Of a stretch of DNA of 43,766 nt, positions 26,806-35,206 are shown in pieces. Location: NCBI GenBank assembly GCA_030633595.1, contig DAOVSE010000001.1:1-43766 (forward strand). The letters run 5' to 3'. The position numbers and the translations under genes were made by a program. Under the pieces are notes generated by a model. The model did not search any database and was not told the origin of the DNA. It was given only the letters and a program-made list of their open reading frames with translations. The stretch is from Candidatus Altiarchaeota archaeon (GTDB lineage: Archaea; Altiarchaeota; Altiarchaeia; IMC4; QMZM01). Positions within the stretch are counted from its first letter, which is position 1. Each line of letters starts with the position of its first letter.

Positions 26806-27150
26806 ATGAAAATTATAAACGAGAAATATGTCTCTCTGGCAGAGGTTAAAAAGACCCTGAAGGGTAGGGAGAGCAAATATGCCAAGGAGAAGAAAGAACT
26901 GCTCTACGAGCAAAGACGTGCATTAGAGCATTCACAGAGATACGCAAAACTGAAGACAAAGGATGTCAATGAATTGACAAAAAAATTGAGTGAGTTGGAT
27001 CTGAATCTAACGGAAGAACAGGTTGTTAAGATGTGTGATTTCCTGCCTGAGACTGTGGATGATGTTCGTGCAATATTTGCAAAGGAACGTTTCAGGCATA
27101 AAGAGGAGGAGATCAAGAAGATACTGGATCTCATTGTGCAATATCGCTAA
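26806..27150 (+). CDS. rpoF: DNA-directed RNA polymerase subunit F (Rpo4)
   Basis: 114 aa with VSLAEVKKTL..., LTEEQVVKMCDFLPETVDDVRAIF. The conserved rpl21e-rpoF-DUF655 order is present. Confidence 0.8.
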   Translation: MKIINEKYVSLAEVKKTLKGRESKYAKEKKELLYEQRRALEHSQRYAKLKTKDVNELTKKLSELDLNLTEEQVVKMCDFLPETVDDVRAIFAKERFRHKEEEIKKILDLIVQYR

Positions 27151-27167
27151 GGGCTTGTGTGGTTGGA

Positions 27168-27740
27168 ATGAACAAAGACGAACATGTCAGGATACTTGAC
27201 TACTTACCAAGAGGAAAGTCCGAGGTTCCTCCCCACAAGAGAAAACCAATTGCTCAGGCTGTTGGTGAGGATTTCTTTTCTTTACTCGAGATAGCCCCAA
27301 GACCCAATATTTCCCTTGAAACAGGAGAGAGGGTGTACATCGGAGAGGGTACAAGAGACAAGGTAGATCACATTGAAAGAAGAATAAAGTATGATTGGCT
27401 TACCCCCACCGCAAAAACTGAATTGAGTCTTATTCTGGCGGAGATAATAAGAGAGGATGAAAAGAAATTTATCGAGTTTTACAATACTCTCGGGACAATA
27501 AGTACGAGGCTTCATAAACTTGAGATCTTACCAAGAATCGGAAAAAGGCACAGGGAAGACATACTTAGAGAAAGGGAAAAAATGCCCTTTAAGAGCTTTG
27601 AGGATATGCATAGCAGGGTGAAGAATATACCAGATCCTGTCAAGGTGCTTGTGGACAAAATAATCGAGGAATTGGAGGGGGAGAGTAAGTATTATCTCTT
27701 TGTTCTATTACTTAGGGAGAGCCCAAGGTTTAGGAGATAA
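27168..27740 (+). CDS. DUF655-family predicted nucleic-acid-binding protein (OB + HhH)
   Basis: Begins MNKDEHVRILDYLPRGK...AQAVGEDFFSLLE. The start is taken at the ATG at 27168 rather than the GTG at 27159. Confidence 0.7.
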   Translation: MNKDEHVRILDYLPRGKSEVPPHKRKPIAQAVGEDFFSLLEIAPRPNISLETGERVYIGEGTRDKVDHIERRIKYDWLTPTAKTELSLILAEIIREDEKKFIEFYNTLGTISTRLHKLEILPRIGKRHREDILREREKMPFKSFEDMHSRVKNIPDPVKVLVDKIIEELEGESKYYLFVLLLRESPRFRR

Positions 27741-27809
27741 CCCCCGCATGTTATTTAAATACGAATCTATAGATTAATGCCCGCAGTATGACAAGGGAGA
27801 GAACATAAT

Positions 27810-27995
27810 ATGGCGGATATAAAGATAGAGGTTGAGAGATGCATCGGGTGTGGAGCATGTGTAAACGCATGTCCGGTTTCCCTATTTGAGATTGTTGAGG
27901 GAAAAGCAAGGATTACAGGAAACATGGATAATTGTGTACTATGCAGGGCCTGTGAAACTACATGCCCTATAGGCATAATACAAATTAGTGAATAA
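27810..27995 (+). CDS. 2x[4Fe-4S] ferredoxin
   Basis: 61 aa with CIGCGACVNACP and CVLCRACETTCP. Confidence 0.8.
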   Translation: MADIKIEVERCIGCGACVNACPVSLFEIVEGKARITGNMDNCVLCRACETTCPIGIIQISE

Positions 27996-28001
27996 GAGGT
28001 G

Positions 28002-28289
28002 ATGCAAATGAAAGAGAAAGGAGACGACAATGTGGTGTTTATAGGTAGAAAGGGGATAATGAGCTATGTACTGGCGGTTGTTACACAATTTAACAACGGC
28101 GAATCCAACGTGATAATAAAAGCCAGGGGAAGAGCAATTAGTAGGGCTGTGGATGTTGCGGAGATAGTTAGACAGAGATTTGTACAGGGTATAAGCACGA
28201 CAGATATAAAGATAGACACTGAGGAAATCGAGGGTGAAGAGGGTCCGATAAAAGTCTCTGCGATTGAAATAACTCTTTCCAAGCCATAA
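28002..28289 (+). CDS. albA: DNA/RNA-binding protein Alba
   Basis: [50 protein letters not shown]. The start could be the ATG at 28002 or at 28008, after GAGGTG. Confidence 0.85.
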   Translation: MQMKEKGDDNVVFIGRKGIMSYVLAVVTQFNNGESNVIIKARGRAISRAVDVAEIVRQRFVQGISTTDIKIDTEEIEGEEGPIKVSAIEITLSKP

Positions 28290-28341
28290 CTCTTTTTTTA
28301 TTTAAGTATTAGCGTATGAAGTTCTCTAAATAGGGATAGAA

Positions 28342-28830
28342 ATGAGTTTGCCAATCTGTGCTATATGCGCAAAAACTGGCGTGTTATGTAGTGCATGCGA
28401 GAAAAAACTGAAGGATGGGAAGATATCCGAGCTGGATGTAGAATTATCCAAGATCTTATACAGACTGGGCAAGGGCGAGATCGGTTTTGAAAGGGCAATA
28501 GACACAAAGAAATTCATCATTGTTTTAACCCAGAAGGAGAACATAGGAAAGATTATCGGGAAGAGTGGGGACAATATTCGTCAGTTATCAAAGGATTTTG
28601 GCAAGCAATTGAGGGTGATAAGCACCGGCGATCTTCAACAAACAATATACGATTTTGTTGCTCCAGCAAGAATTTTAGCTGTAAACACCGTTTATAAGCC
28701 GGACGGCACCACAGTGCGTAGGGTTCGGATAAACAAAAGAGACAGAAAAAAACTCAGAATGAGCCTGAAGGAGATAGAAAAGCTCATGACATCCCTGACA
28801 AACGACAAGATTGAGATCTCCTTTGAATAG
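28342..28830 (+). CDS. KH-domain (NusA-like) RNA-binding protein with an N-terminal 4-Cys zinc ribbon
   Basis: 162 aa with CAICAKTGVLCSAC, then the GKIIGKSGDNIRQLSKDFG GXXG KH motif, then FVAPARILAVNTV. Confidence 0.55.
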   Translation: MSLPICAICAKTGVLCSACEKKLKDGKISELDVELSKILYRLGKGEIGFERAIDTKKFIIVLTQKENIGKIIGKSGDNIRQLSKDFGKQLRVISTGDLQQTIYDFVAPARILAVNTVYKPDGTTVRRVRINKRDRKKLRMSLKEIEKLMTSLTNDKIEISFE

Positions 28831-28860
28831 GTTTTTCTTATTCAAGGCCGTTCCATGTTT

Positions 28861-29217
28861 TTATTCTTCACACTCCACTCTCTTGGAGAAGTCACGACGG
28901 TCTCCAGAAATGGATCCATCCCCTTTTTCTACGTCAAATACGTACTTCACATGGAAAAGGTAGATAAGAATCGGGAAATCTATCGTGATAGCAACAGGAT
29001 CGAAAACGAAAACAGAGGTAACAAGACCGAAAGCGGTCAATATAACCGCCCCGTTCCAGGCCCACTTCGTTAGATGCCATAGACCCCAACCCAGCACAAT
29101 GAAAATCGGGGAGAGTATTAACATCAACGCAATACCGCCGTAGATGATATACTGCTGCCCTTCAAGGCTCTGAGGCGTTGGCACGGTCAAAACCGTGTAC
29201 AAAGCAAAAAAAACCAT
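28861..29217 (-). CDS. hypothetical integral membrane protein
   Basis: 118 aa with three or four hydrophobic helices. More plausible than the overlapping plus-strand ORF. Confidence 0.4.
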   Translation of the reverse strand: MVFFALYTVLTVPTPQSLEGQQYIIYGGIALMLILSPIFIVLGWGLWHLTKWAWNGAVILTAFGLVTSVFVFDPVAITIDFPILIYLFHVKYVFDVEKGDGSISGDRRDFSKRVECEE

Positions 29218-29388
29218 TGAGTAAAAACCCTATACCCGCCAAAAAATACAAAAGCGCCAGAAGATTCACAATAAACGGGGCACGCATAATTAATTTTATG
29301 GTTGTGTGTAGAAATATGATGGTTGCGATTTTTGTGAGGAACTAAGGGAAAAACAATCAATATTTATCCACGAAAATACAAAGATTTA

Positions 29389-29706
29389 ATGGTGATGAGG
29401 ATGTACCCCTATGCAGATGTCATTGAAAAGCTTGTTGAAGCCAAGGTAGATCGGGATTTTGTAGAGCAAACGCTCCAGAAGTTGCTGGAAAGGGAAAGGT
29501 TCATCATTCAGAACAACCTTGCTGACTGTCAGAAGGAAATGAGGGTATTTGAAAAAAAATATGGAATGAACTCTGACGAATTCTTGGACAGATTCAATAA
29601 AGGTAAAGTAGATGATAGAGACGACTATATAAAGTGGTTTTCTCTGAAGGACACCTATGATCGCTTGAAGCAACTTGAGCAGGATCTAAGTGGGGAGAAT
29701 GCATAG
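29389..29706 (+). CDS. small helical protein, candidate antitoxin/partner of the downstream DUF6516-like gene
   Basis: 105 aa. The EKKYGMNSDEFLDRFNKGKVDDRDDYIKWFSL motif recurs, as I recall, in small TA-associated proteins. It overlaps the downstream ATG by 8 nt. Confidence 0.4.
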   Translation: MVMRMYPYADVIEKLVEAKVDRDFVEQTLQKLLERERFIIQNNLADCQKEMRVFEKKYGMNSDEFLDRFNKGKVDDRDDYIKWFSLKDTYDRLKQLEQDLSGENA

Positions 29707-30056
29707 GATAGTGACTTACTTAGATAACTTGGAATCCCTGATCTGTATCAGCGACAATAACGCCCCTGACGGGATACTAGAATGCCAAACTCTATCTCAA
29801 GAACGGAACAGAGCTTTACGTCACGGAATACATTGTTCTGGAAAAGGAGATCATAAAGTCCAAATATAAGTACCACTGGCAGGACAAAGACGGAAATCTA
29901 ATTGCTCGCTGGGACAATGTACCTCATCATCCAGAGGTATCTACAGTCCCACATCACAAGCATGTCAAGGACAAAGTTCAAGAATCTGAAGAGCTGAGCC
30001 TGGGGGAAATTCTAGATTTAATCAGAAAGGGCAAAGAATGGACTACGTTAAAATAG
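29699..30056 (+). pseudogene. DUF6516 / TumE-like toxin gene interrupted by a frameshift
   Basis: Frame 1 reads MHRIVTYLDNLESLICISDNNAPDGILECQ... and then stops. From 29781 a second frame reads NAKLYLKNGTELYVTEYIVLEKEIIKSKYKYHWQDKDGNLIARWDNVPHHPEVSTVPHHKHV... Confidence 0.55.
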
Positions 30057-30334
30057 GACAATTAATAAATAATGCAATTAAGAAACATCATTGGCTCTGG
30101 CATCCCTACAACTTCTCGTATAACTGTCTTTACTGGATCCCCTGCATTGGAAACTACATAGAAACCATCGACACCCTCAGGGACCCAGACATTTTACGGC
30201 AACTTGAAGAATCCCGGGAGGATATAGAAAATGAAAGATGCTGGCGTATAGACTTCGAAAATAACAAGCTCATCCCCAGCCCAAAACTGCAAGAAGAATG
30301 TGAAGTAGAAGGGCCCCGGATTATAGGGGATTGA
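30038..30334 (+). CDS. hypothetical 98-aa ORF with an antitoxin-like ETIDTLRDPDILRQLEESREDIE motif
   Basis: The motif resembles the C-terminal region of Phd/YefM/RelB-type antitoxins. The N-terminal half looks non-native and may be degenerate. Confidence 0.25.
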   Translation: MDYVKIGQLINNAIKKHHWLWHPYNFSYNCLYWIPCIGNYIETIDTLRDPDILRQLEESREDIENERCWRIDFENNKLIPSPKLQEECEVEGPRIIGD

Positions 30335-30611
30335 TGTTATCTACCCCCAAGAAGTTACCACGAAGAGTTCTGTGCTGGCAATTTCCTTATCTTCTGTATC
30401 CCCACAACACCCAAACCCAGAACATTCCCATCACCACCACTCTGTTGGCAACAACAAATAGTTCAGGGAAAGTCTTCCAATCAACAAACACCTGCAGAAA
30501 TCTCTGGTCTGCAGGATCTGAAGCCTTGGCTTAGTAGGGTTTTTGTGAATTCCCGCGGGTTTTATGCCTGTGTGTAGAAATTATAAAGAATCAGGATTTG
30601 AGGTGTGTGAG

Positions 30612-30962
30612 ATGTCGTCTCGGAATTTCGAAACAATCTGGCGAAATATTCTAGAGTACGCAAAAACCTATTCTGAAATAAAGACATTATCAAGGCAATC
30701 AGCAAATAGGATAGTTTCAGTTGACGAAAGTAATCGGATAGCAGTCATATCCAAAAATCCACGAGATAAACCAACAAGGAGGAAATTAACAGGGAAAGAC
30801 TTCCGTTACGCTTGGAATATCCTTGTTTCTAAAAAAAGATTGCATCTTAAGGATTTGTCCAGGATAACAGGTAAAAAATCCGTGATCTGTGCGTTTTTGG
30901 CCAGAGCTAATCCATCAATCGTTGATTACGGAAAACGTCCACTAACGCTATATTTTCGATGA
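30612..30962 (+). CDS. hypothetical protein
   Basis: ORF starts at the ATG at 30612, preceded by AGGTG. I recognise no family motif. Confidence 0.35.
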   Translation: MSSRNFETIWRNILEYAKTYSEIKTLSRQSANRIVSVDESNRIAVISKNPRDKPTRRKLTGKDFRYAWNILVSKKRLHLKDLSRITGKKSVICAFLARANPSIVDYGKRPLTLYFR

Positions 30963-31055
30963 TTAAAAAAAGGAATCAATCCTAGATTCAAGAACCCACC
31001 CAGATATCCTCACTTTTTCTTATCTGAATCGAATTTATTAAAACCTCAGAAAAAA

Positions 31056-32357
31056 ATGCGTTCTCACTATTCAGGAGAGATTACCCCCGGATTGGATGGA
31101 AAATCTGTAACCATTAGTGGATGGGTTCATGAGATCAGGGACATGGGCAAGCTGAAGTTTGTGATTCTTCGCGACAGAGGGGGATTCATCCAGATAACGG
31201 CGAAGAAGGGTGTAACACCCGATGAAGTTCTTTCTGCAATAGATGATCTGAGCAAGGAGTCCGTTATCAGGGTGGAGGGCTCTGTAATCCGTAATGATAA
31301 AGCCCCCAAGGGCGTGGAGATCAAACCAGAAAAACTTGAGGTAATAAGCAAGGCTGCGTCACCTCTCCCCCTGGATGTTACACAGAAAGTTGATGCGGAT
31401 CTGGATACCAGACTAAATAATAGATTCATGGATATCAGAAAGCCGGACATCTCTTCAATATTCAGATTAAGGGGGGAAATCTTAAGCGCAGGGAGAAAAT
31501 TTTTGAAGGAGAACAATTTTATAGAGATACATACACCAAAGATTATTGCCAGTGCATCAGAGGGTGGAACAGAGTTATTCCCAATATCCTACTTCGATAG
31601 AGAGGCCTTTCTGGCCCAGTCACCCCAGCTTTATAAACAGATGATGATGGCCACCGGACTCGACAGGGTTTACGAGATAACAACATATTTCAGGGCGGAG
31701 GAGCACGACACCAGGAGGCATCTGAATGAGGCGACTGCCATAGATATGGAGATGGCGTTCATCAAGGATGATGGGGATGTAATGGATGTTCTCGAAAATC
31801 TTGTACTGGCCCTGATAAAAAAGGCCTCCAGCTGTGAAAATGAGCTGGATATCCTGAAAAAGAAGATCAACGTACCTGAGAGAATAGAGAGGATTGAATA
31901 TGATGATGTATTAAAACTTCTCAGGGAACACGGAAAGAAGCTCCCCTGGGGGGAGGATCTGGACACAGAATCTGAAAAGCTTTTGGGGAAGATAATGCTA
32001 AAGGAATTCGGATCCGAATTATATTTTATAGTACATTTCCCATTGGCGATTAAACCATTCTATACGATGCCGTTTAAGGGTGAAAAATACTCACGCTCCT
32101 TTGATCTCGGCTATAAGGGCGTGGAGATTGCCTCTGGCGGACAGCGTATCCACGATCTGGAATTACTCTCAAAGAGGATAAAGCATTTTAATCTAAATCC
32201 AGACAACTTCGAATTTTATCTAAAGGCATTTAGGTATGGGATGCCACCTCATGGCGGCTTCGGTCTTGGTATAGACCGGGTAATGATGCAGATTCTCGAT
32301 CTTTCAATACGGGAGGTTGTTTTGTTTCCAAGGGATAGACATCGCCTTACTCCCTAA
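31056..32357 (+). CDS. aspS: aspartyl-tRNA synthetase (archaeal type)
   Basis: 433 aa. N-terminal OB (ISGWVHEIRDMGKLKFVILRDRGGFIQ), class II motifs FRAEEHDTRRHLNE and GGFGLGIDRVMM, and QSPQLYKQ. Confidence 0.9.
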   Translation: MRSHYSGEITPGLDGKSVTISGWVHEIRDMGKLKFVILRDRGGFIQITAKKGVTPDEVLSAIDDLSKESVIRVEGSVIRNDKAPKGVEIKPEKLEVISKAASPLPLDVTQKVDADLDTRLNNRFMDIRKPDISSIFRLRGEILSAGRKFLKENNFIEIHTPKIIASASEGGTELFPISYFDREAFLAQSPQLYKQMMMATGLDRVYEITTYFRAEEHDTRRHLNEATAIDMEMAFIKDDGDVMDVLENLVLALIKKASSCENELDILKKKINVPERIERIEYDDVLKLLREHGKKLPWGEDLDTESEKLLGKIMLKEFGSELYFIVHFPLAIKPFYTMPFKGEKYSRSFDLGYKGVEIASGGQRIHDLELLSKRIKHFNLNPDNFEFYLKAFRYGMPPHGGFGLGIDRVMMQILDLSIREVVLFPRDRHRLTP

Positions 32358-32365
32358 AACTAAAA

Positions 32366-33094
32366 ATGAGAACCCAGACAAAAAATCTGATCTTTGCGTT
32401 AATCCTCATTTTTTTAGTAATCTCTATCGGAACATTGGGGTATATGTCGCTGGAAAAATTGGAATTTTTAGATGCATTATACTTCACGATAGTTACAATA
32501 AGCAGCGTCGGTTACGGTGATATTCAACCATCCCCTACAGCAGAATCGAGAATCTTTACAATATTTCTCATATTAATCGGTTTATCCTTGTTCTTCTATC
32601 TGGTAGGCTCAATCGTTAGCAGTCTGATTGAAGTAAGTCTTTTAGATATCTTTAAATTTCGTAGGATAACCGAGAGGTTGAAAAAAATGAAAAACCACGT
32701 GATTTTATGCGGATATGGTGATGTTGGAACGCTTGTAGCGGAAGGTCTGGGAAAGAAGGATGTGATTATAATTGACAAAGACAAAGAGAAGTTTGATGAG
32801 ATAATTAAACGGGAATTTGTGGGTATACTGGGTGATTCAACCCATCCATCAACCCTAGAATCCGCGGGGATAAAGGATGCAAAGGCGATAGTAATTGCAT
32901 TGAACTCCGATCCGGCAGCGGTATATACAATTCTAACAGCAAAGGAGCTAAACCCGGATATTGAGGTCTATGTCAGAGCGAACGAAAAGGGATCGACCAG
33001 TAAGATGAAAAGAGCGGGTGCAGATTATGTAATCTGCCTTCCAGCGGTCGGGAGTGTGGAAATCCTAAAGGCAATGAGAATGGAGAAAAGGTAA
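32366..33094 (+). CDS. potassium channel with an RCK/TrkA-N domain (MthK-like)
   Basis: 242 aa. Two TM helices flank the TISSVGYGD selectivity filter, followed by the VILCGYGDVG Rossmann motif. Confidence 0.8.
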   Translation: MRTQTKNLIFALILIFLVISIGTLGYMSLEKLEFLDALYFTIVTISSVGYGDIQPSPTAESRIFTIFLILIGLSLFFYLVGSIVSSLIEVSLLDIFKFRRITERLKKMKNHVILCGYGDVGTLVAEGLGKKDVIIIDKDKEKFDEIIKREFVGILGDSTHPSTLESAGIKDAKAIVIALNSDPAAVYTILTAKELNPDIEVYVRANEKGSTSKMKRAGADYVICLPAVGSVEILKAMRMEKR

Positions 33095-33156
33095 CAGTCG
33101 CTAAAATTAGGATATTTATACCCAAAATCAATTATCCTTATATCCTAATTCAGAGA

Positions 33157-33384
33157 ATGTACAGTCACACACGAAAGGTTGGATCGGTCGGGAGATATGG
33201 TTCGAGAATTGGTCGCAAGTTGCGAGATGAGATACGCAAGATAGAGGATCTATCTAAGGAAAATAAATGCCCTAACTGTGGTAGAAAGGTCAAGAGAAAA
33301 TCAACCGGAATCTGGGAATGCAAATCATGCGGTCTTAAATTTACCGGCGGGGCATATACCCCAACAACTACAAAGATAAAATGA
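33157..33384 (+). CDS. rpl37ae: 50S ribosomal protein L37Ae (eL43)
   Basis: 75 aa: TRKVGSVGRYGSRIGRKLR...CPNCGRKVKRKSTGIWECKSCGLKFTGGAY. Confidence 0.9.
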   Translation: MYSHTRKVGSVGRYGSRIGRKLRDEIRKIEDLSKENKCPNCGRKVKRKSTGIWECKSCGLKFTGGAYTPTTTKIK

Positions 33385-33530
33385 CATATGTATGTATAGA
33401 ATGCGGAGCAGAGGTAGATTATGAGTATCTGACAAAGCACAGGCTGAAGTGCACAAAGTGTAAGGAGAAGAGATCAAACATATGGATCAAGAAAAGACCT
33501 CCAATAGCTAAAACAGTAATTGCAAGATGA
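33381..33530 (+). CDS. rpoP: DNA-directed RNA polymerase subunit P (Rpo12)
   Basis: 49 aa, MTYVCIECGAEVDYEYLTKHRLKCTKCKEKRSNIWIKKRPP..., below the ORF-track cutoff. ATGA overlaps at both ends. Confidence 0.75.
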   Translation: MTYVCIECGAEVDYEYLTKHRLKCTKCKEKRSNIWIKKRPPIAKTVIAR

Positions 33531-33787
33531 ATCTTCTGGAGGTAACGATTAATGTTCCATCCGAGGTAGCGGACGTCTGTTGTAGGTCCATTGAGATGGA
33601 GACGAAGAGCGACGCATTACGCAGATCAGAAATAACCTTGGATCGTGATGGGAACTTCATGAATCTAAAGATCAGGGCCAGGGACCTTACAGCGCTTCGG
33701 GGATCCATGAATACCTATCTCAGATGGATTGCAATGTGTTTAAATCTAACAAAAACAACCTTCAGAAAGGTTGATGTGGCCGACTAA
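33527..33787 (+). CDS. pcc1: KEOPS complex subunit Pcc1 (C-terminus now encoded by the inserted stem-loop element)
   Basis: 86 aa with LKIRARDLTALRGSMNTYLRWIAMCLN, typical of Pcc1/CTAG. The last 11 codons run into the hairpin array. Confidence 0.7.
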   Translation: MNLLEVTINVPSEVADVCCRSIEMETKSDALRRSEITLDRDGNFMNLKIRARDLTALRGSMNTYLRWIAMCLNLTKTTFRKVDVAD

Positions 33788-33931
33788 AGTCGGATCGTTC
33801 GAGCCAAAGGCTCGAAGATTCCAAAACTCCAAAGGAGTTTTGAGAACGCACTCAAGACCGAAGGTCTTGCGTGCCATCAGAACGAGGTTATGGGGTCACA
33901 GACCGCATTATAGAATCTCAACTAACAAAAA
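33746..33931. mobile_element. 166-nt stem-loop array bracketed by the 10-nt direct repeat CTAACAAAAA (putative insertion)
   Basis: Direct repeats at 33746-33755 and 33922-33931. Five consecutive hairpins lie between 33756 and 33874. The left 24 nt are identical to 9829-9852. Confidence 0.65.
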
Positions 33932-33938
33932 GATTAAA

Positions 33939-34292
33939 ATGAATATACCAAAACAGATTCAGGACAAAATAAACCAGTTTCAAGGACTGCAGAATCAGCT
34001 ACAAGCAATAGTTTTGCAAAAACAACAATTAGTTTTGCAATCTACAGACATCGATAATGCCCTTATGGCGTTGGAAAAAATTGATAAAGAGAGGATCTAT
34101 GAAGCTACTGGACCATTATTGATCGAGACAAATAAACCCACGAGCGAAAAGAAACTTCAGGAAAATAAGGATGTTATAAATGCCAGAATTCAGATGCTTG
34201 AAAAACAGGAGAAAAAATTGACCGAAAAATTGAAGGAACTAAGTACGGAAATTCAGGCAGATCTGCAGGGCGGTGGTATCACGGGCGGTTAA
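33939..34292 (+). CDS. pfdB: prefoldin beta subunit
   Basis: The start is moved to the ATG at 33939 (MNIPKQIQDKINQFQGLQNQLQ...). The ORF-track N-terminal extension reads through the hairpin array. Confidence 0.85.
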   Translation: MNIPKQIQDKINQFQGLQNQLQAIVLQKQQLVLQSTDIDNALMALEKIDKERIYEATGPLLIETNKPTSEKKLQENKDVINARIQMLEKQEKKLTEKLKELSTEIQADLQGGGITGG

Positions 34293-34332
34293 TTCAGCGA
34301 GATTTATCCATTGAATCCCATATCTTAATGTT

Positions 34333-34388
34333 CAGATGATGATACCGACCCAGGCTGAATAGGGATGACAAGGGTAGCTGCTGATGGA
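34333..34388 (+). ncRNA. candidate C/D box sRNA (2'-O-methylation guide)
   Basis: C box ATGATGA at 34336-34342, then a 12-nt spacer, D' CTGA at 34355-34358, C'-like GGGATGA at 34362-34368, another 12-nt spacer, and D CTGA at 34381-34384. Confidence 0.55.
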
Positions 34389-34587
34389 CTTGAACTTACA
34401 CTGTAAGTTCACACCAAGGTGCGGCATGCGCTCCCTTCGGTCGCTTAGCCACACTGAATGAGATGATTTTTTATTGAACTGTCACACCAGTTCACATGCG
34501 TGTACTATCTTGTTGAATTCACGGAGTGAATTCCTTTCTTTTGGTCAAGGTTTTCTTTTGTAAAGAAAAGCTTGACTGCTGATGGAC
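34378..34587. repeat. 186-nt stem-loop array bracketed by the 12-nt direct repeat CTGCTGATGGAC
   Basis: Direct repeats at 34378-34389 and 34576-34587. Hairpins at 34392-34410, 34476-34493, 34515-34533 and 34546-34574. Confidence 0.7.
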
Positions 34588-34590
34588 AAT

Positions 34591-35136
34591 CTATAGCCGA
34601 TTCTTCAGTATCCTATCAATCTCTTTATACAATTCCTTTAGTGACTTTGTATTTTCTATCTGATAATCCGCTATCTTCCCTACCTCATCAATATACCTCT
34701 CTGTCTCCCTCGCCTCGGCCTTAAGGAACTCCTCAAATTCTATTTTATCCTCGCCCTTTTCACCCCTTGCCCTGCACCTGTCATACCTGAGCTCTGCCGG
34801 GGCATCAACAAATATCAATAAATTGTCCTCGAACTCCCTGAGCATTTTAACCTCGTTCATATACCTAATCCCATCAACCACGATAATCTCGGATGAATCC
34901 CTTTCCATGTCCTTACTGAAGGCGTTGACGATAACATCCTCCCTGAGGGACACCCTGAGAGAATGTCCGAGTTTCTGCAGATATTCCCTTTTATGGGGAA
35001 GGTATAGCCTGTTCAGAATGTCCATGAGAACCTGGGAAAACCGCATCTGTTTTGCCCCGTATTTCCTGTGCAGATAATCACCTACAACGGTCTTTCCAGA
35101 GCCTATTTTCCCAACCAATCCAATAACAAGTTCCAT
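34591..35136 (-). CDS. P-loop nucleotide/nucleoside kinase-like protein (CoaE / UPF0200-like)
   Basis: 181 aa with the GLVGKIGSGKT Walker A motif, and a size and layout typical of a small kinase fold. Confidence 0.55.
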   Translation of the reverse strand: MELVIGLVGKIGSGKTVVGDYLHRKYGAKQMRFSQVLMDILNRLYLPHKREYLQKLGHSLRVSLREDVIVNAFSKDMERDSSEIIVVDGIRYMNEVKMLREFEDNLLIFVDAPAELRYDRCRARGEKGEDKIEFEEFLKAEARETERYIDEVGKIADYQIENTKSLKELYKEIDRILKNRL

Positions 35137-35206
35137 TTTGGATATAAAAATTTAGGAAACACATATCTTATATAATCAGATTCAATAATAAGTCAATTAA
35201 GGTAAA

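Noticed and set aside
30491-30515. 8-bp hairpin CCTGCAGA/TCTGCAGG as a member of the hairpin-array family
   Set aside because: It is a single isolated hairpin with a 9-nt loop and shares no module with the arrays. It may simply be a local terminator-like structure.
33771-33938. N-terminal extension of the prefoldin beta ORF (track start 33771)
   Set aside because: The extension is a read-through of the hairpin array. The conserved prefoldin sequence starts at the ATG at 33939.
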